From Octopus sinensis (Eukaryota), in the NCBI RefSeq assembly GCF_006345805.1, contig NW_021834356.1, positions 1 through 50,891 of the forward strand: 50,891 nt of DNA. Reading direction: 5' to 3'. Of the stretch, positions 24,611 to 37,049 are shown one piece after another. The notes beneath the pieces are model-generated. The model worked only from the letters and a program-made list of their open reading frames with translations, searched no databases and was not told the DNA's origin. The first letter of the stretch is position 1. Each line of letters begins with the position of its first letter. The translations under genes were made by a program, and so were the position numbers.

Positions 24611-24994
24611 TTACAGGGTTGATGTGAATGAAGTTCATTAAGGAGACACCTACAATCATTAATAATATATCTCCTGTGGGGAGGAAAATGGTGCTAAAGT
24701 TTGAAATACTGAATTTTCAAGTACGGAAGACCATCTCGTCAGAAAAAAAATATCTTAACCTGAATATCATCTAAATATTATCTAGGATCCTGAACCTAAA
24801 AAAGTGCGATTAGCAAAGAAAACACGGTTGACCTGTTTTCACTATAAGAGCACCATAAAGAGAAGAAATAAAAATAAACGAGGTATAATCTAAATATCAT
24901 GGACCTCCAGGACCTTCGGATGCCTGTAGGGGGGATGATGTCTAAATAACTATGGAAGAAGTAATGATCACTAATAGTGGGCATCAACTGTGAG

Positions 24995-25039
<45 letters not shown>

Positions 25040-25068
25040 ATCTATCTATCTATCTATCCAATATGTAT

Positions 25069-25164
<96 letters not shown>

Positions 25165-25421
25165 TGTGTGCGCATGCGTATGCATGTATTCACATTCGTA
25201 CGCACATGTGTTTAACGATAAATATATTTAATAGTATACGTGTATATATACTTTATGTATACAATATATATAATATATACTTATATAAAATATATATACA
25301 CATGTATATACACGTCTATATACAGTTATAGATACTATACATATATACATACATACACACGCACACACACACACATCTATATATCTGTAAATGTAATATG
25401 TGACAATTATACGGTAGCCAT

Positions 25422-25482
25422 GATAAAACTCCGAGTTTCGGATGTTGGGGAGGAAATCCACGCCGCCATCTCTTCAGTTATC
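25422..25482 (-). ncRNA. Hammerhead ribozyme, near intact
   Basis: GATAA CTGAAGA GATG..CATC(C) GAA ACTC g GAGT T TTATC; GUU site; one bulge in stem II. Confidence 0.75.
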
Positions 25483-25504
25483 GGCCATCGGATAAAATGC
25501 TATA

Positions 25505-25562
25505 AAAACATTATATATTTATATACATATATACATATGAATATACATCCTCGCACAAACTC

Positions 25563-25605
<43 letters not shown>

Positions 25606-25980
25606 ATGATATGATGATGATAATGATGATGATGATGATGATGATGAAGATGATGATTGCTTCATCATGACAGATGATAGCTGTCCCATCAACACACGCA
25701 CCACACGTCATTACACAGCACACTCCCTCCATCAATATCTTAAAAGTCATCGATGGAGGGAGAGTGTGCTGTGTAATGACGTGTGGTGCGTGTGTTGATG
25801 GGACGGCTATCATCTGTCATGATGAAGCAATCATCATCTTCATCATCATCATCATCATCATCATCATCGTCATCATCATCGTCATCATCATCATCATCAT
25901 ATGCATATATGTATATATATATATACATATGAGCATGTGCGAGGATATATATTTATATGTATATATGTATATATAAATAC
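25505..25980. repeat. About 470-bp palindrome
   Basis: Core arms 25643-25733 and 25752-25844 differ by one substitution and a 2-nt indel; 18-nt loop; symmetry extends through flanking microsatellites. Confidence 0.95.
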
Positions 25981-25989
25981 ACATACACA

Positions 25990-26028
<39 letters not shown>

Positions 26029-26564
26029 ATACACACCTTTAATATTCATACATTCGTTATTCACTGGTTATATTCAATTAATAATGAAATACAAAAATAA
26101 CCCTTACAAGCACATAATAATACAAACATATATCATAATATATAATATATAATATCATAATATGATGTAACATAACGATATATATATATGTATTTATATA
26201 TATGTATATATAAGTATGTGTGTGTGTATTTGTGTTTTTGTGTGTGTGTGTGTGAATGTATACATACAGGCACACACACAAACAAATCACCCCCTACAAA
26301 GCATTCGTTCGTAATCTGATAGTCTGTCCTATTTCTAAAACGCAGTCTTATGATATATGATACCCCGCATCTCAGTTCAGTCAGCACCAGCAGTGAAAGG
26401 GTATTTGCATTCGTTTTTTGCGTCGGTAAATAGCTTAGAGACAGGTGATGTCATTATATCAGAGGTCTATATCGAGATGCGAGGCAGTGACCTCGTAGAC
26501 AGTGGGCGGGAAATTCGCGTGAGGAGTGGATGAGAGTGGCGGATCAGTAGAAAGCAGTGGATTA

Positions 26565-26705
26565 TTGGCGGGATTGGTAGAATAATCAAATTGCCCGATG
26601 AGTTTAGTTGAGTTATTTTCACGTTCTAAGTTCAAATCCGACTGAAGCGACCTTTACTTTTTATGTATCCTATGTCGAAAATCAGTGGAATATTGAGGGA
26701 TAATT
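26565..26705 (+). mobile_element. SINE family A, diverged
   Basis: GTTCTAAGTTCAAATCCGACTGAAGCGACCTTTAC resembles family A core. Confidence 0.6.
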
Positions 26706-26737
26706 TAGTAGGTACGACATTACTGTTCCTAATAAAA

Positions 26738-26955
26738 GGTGGGGGGATGAAAAGTCCCTGGCTTAGGGTAAAAGAAAATACAGGAGGATCGGTTAATTAT
26801 GATTTTATTCAACATATTTCCCTCTTAAATTCATACACGTATTGTAGCGGTCCTTTAGTTTTTCTAAGCCTAGTAAAAGAACTCGGAAGGTATGAAGGAC
26901 ACCTCCCAGGCCTTTCGCGATAGCATTAAAGCCAGCCGCTTTTCACCCCCTTTTC
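26738..26955 (+). mobile_element. Mariner-type MITE (about 220 bp)
   Basis: Ends GGGGGATGAAAAGTCCCTGGCT and AGCCAGCCGCTTTTCACCCCC; second copy at 27402-28030. Confidence 0.75.
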
Positions 26956-27266
26956 AAACACTGAGATTTGAAACCAGATGTCACTGCTGTTCATATCATC
27001 TGTGGATAAATTTTAAAACTGATGATATCCCCAGCAGTGACATAGGTGGATCGCAGGCGCAATAGCATTAAATAGCTATGAATTATAAATTTGCACGAAG
27101 CATAATGATACTTCATAAGCATCTACCTGCTAGAAATAAGAGCTAAAGTATTAAATTAATCCACCGTACCGCACCAAGATAACAGAGAAAAACAGTATGC
27201 GAGTAAAACAGAAAGGAATAAAACATTTAACAGGGCAAAATAAAAATATTATGCTGTTAGGGATAT

Positions 27267-27321
27267 CCACAAACCAGGTTTCGGCTTTTGGCTATTTAAG
27301 CCCTGAGCCTCATCAGTGTGG
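27267..27321 (-). ncRNA. Hammerhead ribozyme, intact
   Basis: CCACA CTGATGA GGCT cag GGCT taaat AGCC aaa AGCC GAA ACC t GGT T TGTGG; GUU site. Confidence 0.88.
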
Positions 27322-27401
27322 CCTACCGAGAAATAATTCGTACATACATACAAATAGGTATGTATGCATGTATGTATGTATGTATGTATGTATGTATGTA
27401 T

Positions 27402-28030
27402 ACTAGGGGTTTCTGAAAGAGCCTGGCTTAGGGTAAAAGAAAATACAGAAGGATCGGTCAATTATGTTTTTATCCAACACGAGCAAAACGCACCCGCCCC
27501 CCACACGTCCAATGGACGATGCTGAGTTGTCAAAAATTTAAACCAAGTTTTCTTAAAACAACTTGTCCGACCGTCCCAAAGGCCTCCCACTTTGAGAAAC
27601 ACTGATTTAACCTAAATTTGAAACATCTGCAAAAAGAAGAAATAAAGATGGACTTTTTCGCTCGTACACTTAGTATCGATCGCAACAGCTGATGTACTTG
27701 CGTGTACATTCCTACGGCTTTATCGATCGCATTCTCACCTGGAATCGATTTTTGTAATTTTTTCAAAACATATACACGCGCTGATACCGTCGGTATCTAC
27801 GTATCAAATTTGAGTGCAATCGGATGGAGGATGCCCGAGACATAGAAGATACACATACAGACAGACAGAACGGATTTTATATAATAGATATTCCGTTCTC
27901 ATATTCATTCATTTATTGCAGCGGACCTTTAGCTTTTCGAAACCCTGTAAAACAACTCGGAAGGTTGGGCCTCCAACTTGACCTTTCGCGATACTATTAA
28001 TGCCAGGAACTTTTCAAACCCTTGTCGTAT
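27402..28030 (+). mobile_element. Second MITE copy split by a Helitron insertion
   Basis: 27402-27479 plus 27889-28030 reconstruct 26738-26955. Confidence 0.8.
27480..27888 (-). mobile_element. Non-autonomous Helitron-like insertion
   Basis: Minus 5' A|TCTATTATATAAAA, 3' CTCG|T (CTAG with one change); sits in an A|T target with no TSD. Confidence 0.7.
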
Positions 28031-28219
28031 CTGGTATTACGTCTACAACTTTAAAACACCAAAGTAGTTGTTTATTGGTATAGAGAGGAGTGATATGAAA
28101 ACCAATACCTTGTGGTATTTTGTTACAAGCTTGAGTTGAAAAACACATTGTCCTTCAGCTTTCTAGCAGTGATATATTTATATGAAGATAGGTATTTATG
28201 CACACCTATTTTTCTACGC

Positions 28220-28302
<83 letters not shown>

Positions 28303-28456
28303 AGTCTGTCTGTCTGTCTGTCTATCTATTTATCTAAAATAAAAAGGGTGAAAAATTGAATATTAATTTGATTAATATCAATTTAAAACCAGTTGTCTAG
28401 CATCTTAAAATCTGAAGATTCATAAAAATATAATTTATCTATCTATCCATCTATCC

Positions 28457-28511
<55 letters not shown>

Positions 28512-28512
28512 A

Positions 28513-28548
<36 letters not shown>

Positions 28549-29054
28549 GTATGTTTGTGTGTCTGTCCGTATATGCATGTATATACTACAATATGATATT
28601 AAAAATTATATGCGTATATATGCATGAGCGCATGTGTGTAGGTGAATGTGTGCGCTTGTGCGAATATAAAGGAACAGCAGGAAAAACACTCAATACTGGA
28701 ATTAGAGTATACATAATTCAAGGTAGTCAGCTGAAACTCATTAGGTGGAACTGATGAAACAGGTAACATATCGCGTATGAAAACTAAGTTTTTACTAATT
28801 GGTTTCGACTGAACGACTCACATGTGTGCCCGCGCGCACACACACACGCATGTAAGTTTATATATATGTATTAATGTATGTATGTATGTATGCACATACG
28901 CGCGCGCACACGCTCACATACACACACACAGAAACATACATATATATATACAAACATTCACATTGACATAGATATATATTCGGATTTCTAATTCTATCTC
29001 TCTTTCTCTCTCAGTCTATCTGTATGTCTATCGGTCAGTCTGTCTGTCTGTGTA

Positions 29055-29086
<32 letters not shown>

Positions 29087-29106
29087 CGTCTCTCTACTTC
29101 TCTCTC

Positions 29107-29153
<47 letters not shown>

Positions 29154-29237
29154 ATACATATATATATATATAACGGGAAGGTTACGAAAATAAACAAAAG
29201 ACGAAGGCAGGTAGAGTACAAAGAAACAAATGTATTA

Positions 29238-29282
<45 letters not shown>

Positions 29283-29494
29283 CATACTATCATAGTGTAA
29301 CTTTTACGCAAGTATATTGCTTTTAAGCTACTGACCCCGAATGGGCAGATCTGCAAACAAATCTCTGACCAATTTTGGAGAATTTGTTGCAGTTGCTTCC
29401 AGCAGGGTCATATCTCAATAATGATCATATTCGTCGAAGAAAATTCCATAAAAACTGCTGAATTTCGCAATTAATTTTGATTATTCCCAAAATA

Positions 29495-29652
29495 AGTAGC
29501 TTGCTTCCCAACCACATGGTTCCGGGTTCATTCCCACTGCATGGCACCTTGGGCAAGTGTCTTCTACTATAGCCTCGGGCCGGCCAAAGCCTTGTGAGTG
29601 GATTTGGTAGTCGGAAACTTAAAGATGCCCGTAGTATATATGTATATATATG

Positions 29653-29683
<31 letters not shown>

Positions 29684-29820
29684 GTATATGTTTGTGTCTG
29701 TGTTTGTCCCCCCAACATCGCTTCACAACCGATGCTGGTGTGTTTACTTCCCTGTAACTTAGCGGTTCGGCAAAAGAGACTAATAGAATAGGTACTAGGC
29801 TTCCAAAGAAAAAAGTTGTT
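29495..29820 (+). mobile_element. SINE family D
   Basis: AGTAGCTTGCTTCCCAACCACATGGTTCCGGGTTC body. Confidence 0.88.
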
Positions 29821-29829
29821 GTAGAAAAA

Positions 29830-30005
29830 AATGCGTCACAAAAACTCACTTAAAAACTGGCCGAAAACAATCGAAGTAATGAAAATTTACCCATGGAGTC
29901 CGCCTGATTCCAAAATGGTATGATATGTTGGGCTACGACCTCTAGGAGTAAAATTGAAAACGTGTGACACACTGACACACTGACATTTGCATTTATTATA
30001 TTAGA
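29830..30005 (-). mobile_element. Helitron-like non-autonomous 5' end
   Basis: Minus A|TCTAATATAATAAAATGC followed by (GTGTCA)n repeat. Confidence 0.5.
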
Positions 30006-30139
30006 TATACATACATGCATATGTGTGTAAGGGTGTGTAAAAACATATATGTTTGTACATACATACGTGTGTACATGTGGATGTGTGTGTGTGTGTGCGT
30101 GTGTGTAGCGAGGCTCCTAGAGCAAGTGTTTTCTACTAC

Positions 30140-30345
30140 ATCACCGATATATGAGATGTGATGTGATGACCTTTAGTGTTGAAGTGGGTGACCACTGGTT
30201 GGTCAAGCATACGTAGTAACATGTTCCGATTATGCTCCCAAAACCGATGAGCAAGACCTCGGCCTGTTTCCCCAATGTGTAGGGCGCTGCGGAGTTTGCA
30301 TACGATGATACGCATTACATTATATGCAATATATAACGTTGGAAA
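30140..30345 (-). mobile_element. Penelope-like element GIY-YIG endonuclease fragment
   Basis: NV..IVCKLRSALHIGETGRGLAHRFWEH..QPVVTHFNTKGH (YIGETGR..RF.EH..PVA.HFN..GH). Confidence 0.85.
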
Positions 30346-30499
30346 GGTAGAAATTCTGAGTAAGATGATGCTAGGCCTTAGACCCATTCCATGACTCTGT
30401 AGCCATATCGCACACTACGGATCCATATTCTCAAAGAAATATAGAGATTTTCTTATTAGAAATTGGCCTCATATAACCAATAGATATTCTTATATTCTT

Positions 30500-30862
30500 T
30501 TACTTGTTTCAGTCATTTGACTGCGGCCATGGTGGAGCAGCACCTTTCGGTCGAACAAATCGACCCAAGGACTTATTCTTTATAAGCCTAGTACTTAGTC
30601 TTTCGGTCTGTTTTGTCGAGCACGTAAACACAGCAGCATCTGTTGTGAAGCGATGTCAGGGGACAAACACAGACACACAGACACACATATATATATACGA
30701 CGGGCCTCTTTCAGTTTCCGTCTACCAAATCCACTCACAAGGCTTTGGTCAGCTTGAGGCTATAGTAGAAGACACTTGCCCAAGTGCTATGCAGTATAAC
30801 TGAACCCGGAACCATGTTGTTTGGTAAGCAAGTTACTTACCACACAGGCACTCCTGCGCCTA
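30500..30862 (-). mobile_element. SINE family D
   Basis: Revcomp match to other D copies. Confidence 0.88.
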
Positions 30863-30879
30863 TGATGAACATTTTTTAT

Positions 30880-31235
30880 TCTACTCCTACGCCTACTCTT
30901 AATTCCTCAAATCTTTTCTTATCCTTCAGCTCCTTTCTCTTTGACCGTCATCTCACTCTCGGCTTTGCTTTCTACCTCTCATTCCATTACTCTTTCATTC
31001 TTTCTTTTTACTCACCTTCTTCTATCATTTCTTATTCACGTAAGAAACTCACGTGGCACTGCGTTCCTTATTCCTTATCAGTTGTAACCTGATTTTTTTT
31101 TTAACTTAGAGGACGTGAAACTACTGCTCTCTCATTTCTCTCCTTTCAACGTTTCTTCTGAAGAAAGATTTTGTCCGAAACGTTAGATTTTCCACTCCTC
31201 TCGGTAACTTCTCATTACTCTGTTTATCGATTTTA
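30880..31235 (+). mobile_element. Penelope-like pyrimidine-rich 3' region with degenerate HHR at 31154-31188
   Basis: CTGAAGA a AGATTTTGTCC GAA ACGT T AGA; stems I and II eroded. Confidence 0.5.
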
Positions 31236-31362
31236 CTACTTAAATCTTGCCAACGCAGAACAGTACAAGTTTCATATATACATCTATACATCTATATATA
31301 CATACATACATAATACATTCATACATATATAGAGAGGCAATTATACATACATAAATACATAC

Positions 31363-31395
<33 letters not shown>

Positions 31396-32214
31396 TATAT
31401 ACATACATTGATACACACGCACGCACACACACATACATATATACATACATGTATATATATATTTATATATGTTTGTACAAATGTACAGATATATTTATTT
31501 TTATATCTATATATGTATATACATATGTGTGTGTGTATATACAATCATATTTTCAATTTAATTAAATTCCTCTCAAACATTATCAATTTATAAAAAGCAT
31601 TATATTCCATTAATAGGTGTAGTGTTGGCGGTAGTGGTGGTCGTTGTCGTAGTCGTGATGGTGGGAGGATGGAGTGAGAGGTGTAGTGGTGTTGGCGGTG
31701 GTTGGAGATGTGTGGCAATAATGTCATAGTAACAACGGCGACCGGTGTGCATTCTTGTTACGCTACGTATATAAAATGAAAAACGCTAGATTGTTATTCG
31801 AAGCAATTTATTATGATTATATTGATTTCTGTTTACAAGATTTAATATTTATTGTTGCTGGAGATGAAGGTAATTTTTTTCCTGAATCGCCACCAACGCA
31901 TAACTGGTATATATATATTTTTAGATATGTTATTACTGCCTTTGAGGAACGAAGGATAAAAAAATGCAACGTTAGCTAGGCGTTGATGTGATTTGAATTT
32001 AATATAGAGAGGCATAAATGCACGCATACACACACACTCACCCGCACGCACACACACACACACACACACATACACACACACAACACATGCAGACACACAT
32101 GTATATATATATATTTATATGTTTGTACATATGTATGGATATATTCTTTTTATATCTATATATGCATATAGATGTGTGTGTATATATATATATTATATAT
32201 ATATATATATATGC

Positions 32215-32249
<35 letters not shown>

Positions 32250-32420
32250 TATATATATAATGTATATATATATATACGTATATATATATGTATATATACA
32301 CGTATAAATGGATGTATAAATGTAAATATTATATATACATACGTTATATCATATATATATATATATATATATAGATATATATTATATATATATATATATG
32401 TATGTATGTGCGTGTGTGTA

Positions 32421-33400
32421 TCGTAAAATATATTTGCCAGCTTAATGTTCTATAGAGGACGATGTTACAACTGTTTTTAGCCCCGGGAAGACAGCTCCTC
32501 CAGCTGTCTAACGAGACACAGTCTGTGTTTGATTAGTATTTGCGAGGGAGGTCAATGCTCCCAGCTCTAGCCTAACGTGATACACACAGACCCGAGTTTC
32601 TCGGTAGTTACCCGACTTGGGTGTGTATTAACCACCAGATGGTGAGGAAGAACTCGTTCCACTCGCAAAATACTATATCATTTTTCTAGCGACACACTGC
32701 CGCTGATCTCGTAAAAAGAGAGATAAATTATATTAAATCTCTGAGAAAGACATAATCAGAAACAGTACGGACTCGTAAAATATATTTGCCAACTAAATGT
32801 GGCGGTCCTAAAGAGGCCGGTGTTGCTGTTGTTTTTAGCCCCAGGAAGACATCTTAGTTGGCAGATATATTTTACGATTCCACACTTATCTCTCGCTCCG
32901 AAATTTACTATAACTTATCTCTCTTTTTATGTGATCAGTGACAATGTGTCGCTAGAATAAATGATATGGTATTTTGCGTGTGGAATAAGCTCTTTCTTAC
33001 TAGCTGGTGATTAAGACACACTGGAAACGGGTAACTACCCAGAAACTGGGATCTGTGTGTATCACGTAAGGTCAGAGTTGGGAGCGATGACCTCCTTCGC
33101 AAATTAGTAATCGGACACAGACTATGCATCGTTGGCCGGCTGGAAGAGATGTCTTCCTGGAGCTAAAAACAACAGCAGCATCGTGCTCTATAGGACCACC
33201 ACATTTAGTTGGGAAATATACTTTACGATTATCACTCACTTAGAGATTTAATATAACTTATCTGTCTTATATATATATAGTGACGTATATTTGCCATTTA
33301 AATATGGCTAACCCCTAAGGGTGGATGCTACTGTAGTTTGTAGCCCCAGGAGGACACCTCCTCCAGCTGGCGATAGACACACTTTCTGTGCCCTATCAGT
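32421..33400. repeat. Nested inverted cluster of an unclassified repeat of about 330 bp
   Basis: Copy (+) 32421-32745, mini fold-back 32773-32877, copy (-) 32905-33265, partial (+) 33280-33400. Confidence 0.85.
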
Positions 33401-34109
33401 ATTTGCAAAGGGAAGCCATCCTATAACTCGCTCTGAGATTTATTATTGCTTATATATATATACATACATACATATACAAACATATACATACATATACATA
33501 CATATATATATGTATGCATGTATGTATATACGCATCTCTACTAAAATATGCGTGTGTATATAATTAATTATCTATTTGTAGTTCTCAAAAAAAAAATTCC
33601 ACAACCAGAGGACTCTTTGAAGAATGAAGGCTAAACGTACACTGTTAGCTAGGAGACGATGTGATTTGAACTCACAACATAGACATAAGTATGATGTTTA
33701 ATTTAAGATATTATTTATTCCACTACGTTATCACTTCTTTTGTATTGCAGCTGGAGATCGATATTAAACAAGGAGACAAAATAAATATGTTTATCATTGC
33801 TATTATCTAGCCCTTGGACAATGAGCAAAACTACGGTCAAGGACGTTCCTTCTGTGATCACCTTGTTTCACAGACACAATGCATACAGGGACTAGATTAT
33901 CAAAGGATGTATCATGTCCTTCTTTTATAGATAGCAAACGTATACTTGAAGGGAAATTTTGCTTTTATTTCTTGCAGATCACGGGACTAAATACATGGGT
34001 ACATATTTTTTTCTCGGCGCCGGAAATATATAGGACTAAGTTTCCTAAGGACGAAGACTGAATTCAGAGCATCAAAGGACCAAACTAAATAGCGTACTAC
34101 AACCCCCAC

Positions 34110-34444
34110 TTGCACCACCATCACTATCATCATCATCATCATCATCATATTAACCATAACCATAACCACTACATTCAACAGCATCACCGTAACCACAACC
34201 ACAATCACCATCACAACCACGGCCACCACTAACACCACCACTACCACCATCACAACCACAACCACCAACACCACTACCACCAACACCACAACAACCACCA
34301 CCACTGACGCCACCACCATCATCACCACTATCATAACCATCACCATAACTACAACCATCACTAGCATCACCGTCACAGCTACCACCACCACCACCACCAC
34401 CACCACCACCACCACCACTACTACTACTACTGCTGCTGCTGCTG

Positions 34445-34498
<54 letters not shown>

Positions 34499-34967
34499 AC
34501 ACCACCACCACCACCACCAGTACCATTCTGTTCAGACACCCTTACCATTCCATATCACAGTAACAGAAATATTTCAATTACTAAAGCGCCAATGTGATAG
34601 TGATAGAGATTGCGGTCATATCGCATATTATTATCTTATTGCCAATAACATACTGTTGATTATATCATTGGCAATAAAAAAAAATCATCATTCCCCCGCT
34701 CCTCTCCCTCCTCCTCAAGATCATCATCATCATTACCACCACTATCACCACCACTATCATCTTCGCTATCAACATCGTCGACGTCGTCGTTACCACCACC
34801 ACCACTTTCAACATCATCACCATCACCATCATCATCATCACCACCAACTCCACCTCCATCATCATCATCACCATCATCACCATCACCACCACCATCATCA
34901 CCACCACCATCACCACCATCATCACCACCACTGCCACCACCAACAACAACACAACCTTCATCATCAC

Positions 34968-35002
<35 letters not shown>

Positions 35003-35024
35003 CCACCACCACCACCATCATCAT

Positions 35025-35056
<32 letters not shown>

Positions 35057-35308
35057 CCATCACCACCACCATCATCAACACCACCATCACCACCACTACT
35101 GCCACCACCACCAACAACACAACCTTCATCATCACCATCATCATCATCATCATCATCACCACCACCACCCACCACCACCACCGCCATCATCATCACCACC
35201 ACCAACATCATCATCATCATCACCATCACCACCATCATCAGCACCACCATCACCACCACCACCACCATCACCACCACCAACAACAACAACATCAACAACA
35301 ACACAACC

Positions 35309-35355
<47 letters not shown>

Positions 35356-35360
35356 AATCA
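34110..35360. repeat. CAC/CAT/TAC trinucleotide mosaics with higher-order repeat
   Basis: Anchor ACAACCTTCATC at 34951, 35119, 35303. Confidence 0.9.
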
Positions 35361-35839
35361 TTGTCGCCTTCTCGTGACGCCTGTTCTAAGCAGGTACGGC
35401 GCAATATATCACCTGTAATCTCAGTCCTTTCACTTTTCCTATCGTCCCTTATTATATTCGTTTCACTCTCGTTTAATTCTGTCCGCTTCTTGATATTATC
35501 CCATTCTCATAATTCTCGATGCCGCCCGCCCTTCCACCCGCTTCCTCTTCTTCCATTTATTTTATCTTCTGTTAACAATCTCTAGCAGCCATACATATTT
35601 CCCTAATTAAATGTCCAAAATATTTAGTATTTTTTTCCTCTTTGATGTTTTTCAATGAAATTCTTTTATTTTTCCTCTTTTTTAGTTCTTCATCATTTGG
35701 TTTTGTGTTCTGTCCATGACAGTCTCAAAAGTCTTTTATATTCCAGAGTATCTAATTCCATAGATTTCTAATCTGTTTGATAATACTTTCGTTAATCTCA
35801 GTATTTCAACTCCGTGTATTACAGTAGACATTAAACGGG

Positions 35840-36150
35840 TAATGACCCCTTTCGGTAATGAATGGCCATGGGAGTGCACCTAGAAAGTTACCCTCCAAGG
35901 CACAAATTCGGTCAAGGTTGTTTATAGAAGACCTGCATGCAAATCAGCCTCTCCTCTCCATACCACTGATGTTATCCAAAGGCCAATACAGCTTGGTATC
36001 AGTGACGTCACAAGTCATTTCTACAGCTGAGTGAACTGGAGCAACGTGAAATAGTGTCTTGCTCAAGAACATAACATGCAGCCCGGTCTGGGAATCGAAC
36101 TCATTCCTTCATGATTGTGAGCCCGTCGCTTTGGTCACTGAGCCATGTCC
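35840..36150 (-). mobile_element. SINE family B, diverged
   Basis: GCACCTAGAAAGTTACCCTCC..CAGCTGAGTGAACTGGAGCAAC. Confidence 0.85.
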
Positions 36151-36204
36151 CTTCATACACACACACACACACACACACACCACACACACATATTTATGAT
36201 CTTG

Positions 36205-36495
36205 GCGTTGCACCTAGAAAGTTACCCTCCCAGACACAAGGTTGTTTATGGAAGACCAGCAGTCGCCCATGCATACCGGCCTCCCCTCTCCACACCACCA
36301 GTGTTATCGAAGGGAAAGACAAAGGCCGATACAGCTTGGCACCTGTGATGTCACAACTCATTTCTACAACTGAGTGAACTGGAACAACGTGAAACAAAGT
36401 GTCTTGCTCAAGAACACAACACATAGTCCAGTCCCGGAATCGAACTCACAACCTCATGATTGTGAGCCCGACGCTCTAACAACAGAGCCATGTAA
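36205..36495 (-). mobile_element. SINE family B
   Basis: Same motifs, tandem to the previous copy. Confidence 0.85.
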
Positions 36496-36534
36496 CGTTT
36501 AAATAATCCTTCTTTCTTGGTTCACTATTTAATT

Positions 36535-36720
36535 TTTTTTCGTTTACATGTTTCAGTCGTTGAACTTGCAGTTATGATGGGGTTACTGCCTTGAAGGTCT
36601 AGTGGACAAATCCACCCCAGTACTTAAAAATACTTATTCTATCTGTCTCTACTACCGAACTGCAAGTTACGGGAATATGGGTAAATCAACACTGGTTGTC
36701 AAGTGAATGTGGGGGTCAAA
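36535..36720 (-). mobile_element. SINE family D, 3' half, diverged
   Basis: TGTTTCAGTC..TACTTATTCTATC..CCGAAC. Confidence 0.65.
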
Positions 36721-36813
36721 CACAGATTTACTCCATTCCTCACAGAAATTGAGGGCTACAGTGCACCTTAATTTTGCGCCATTTGAAGTTCTAATTAATT
36801 TATGAACAGCTAT

Positions 36814-37049
36814 ATATTTAAGAGATGATGAATTATTTACATTATTTACATTATTTACATTTGACGGATATTTGTCCTCATCTTGTTTGTTGTTAACACA
36901 ACGTTTCGGCTGATATACCCTCCAGCCTTCAACAGGTGTCTTGGGGAAATTTTTATCCTGGGTCCGCATTCCTAAGGTATTTTTCGATGTTATATTATAA
37001 CAAACACGATGAGGACAAATAACTGTCAAATGTAAATAATGTAAATAAC
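36814..37049 (-). mobile_element. Penelope-like fold-back element with HHR and 10-bp flanking direct repeat
   Basis: Arms 36842-36891 and 36999-37048 match 47/50; GAACAGCTAT at 36804-36813 and 37050-37059. Confidence 0.75.
36895..36940 (-). ncRNA. Minimal hammerhead with A6-to-U core change
   Basis: GACAC CTGTTGA a GGCTG gagggtatat CAGCC GAA ACGT T GTGTT. Confidence 0.7.

Noticed and set aside
26365-26430. STSSERVF as hAT dimerisation motif
   Set aside because: Eight-residue resemblance with no supporting flanks.
28751-28795. CTGATGA..GAAAACTAAGTT as a hammerhead
   Set aside because: Stem III is plausible but there is no anchored stem II and stem I is weak.
33730-34065. Two strong + strand acceptors (33749, 33977)
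   Set aside because: Frames close within about 30 codons and no family is recognised; could be non-coding exons but unsupported.
34656-35361. 233-aa poly-His and Met/Val/Gly/Asp ORFs as a His-rich structural protein
   Set aside because: Several frames on both strands are open because the triplet repeat lacks stops; there is no signal peptide or GHG-type motif.
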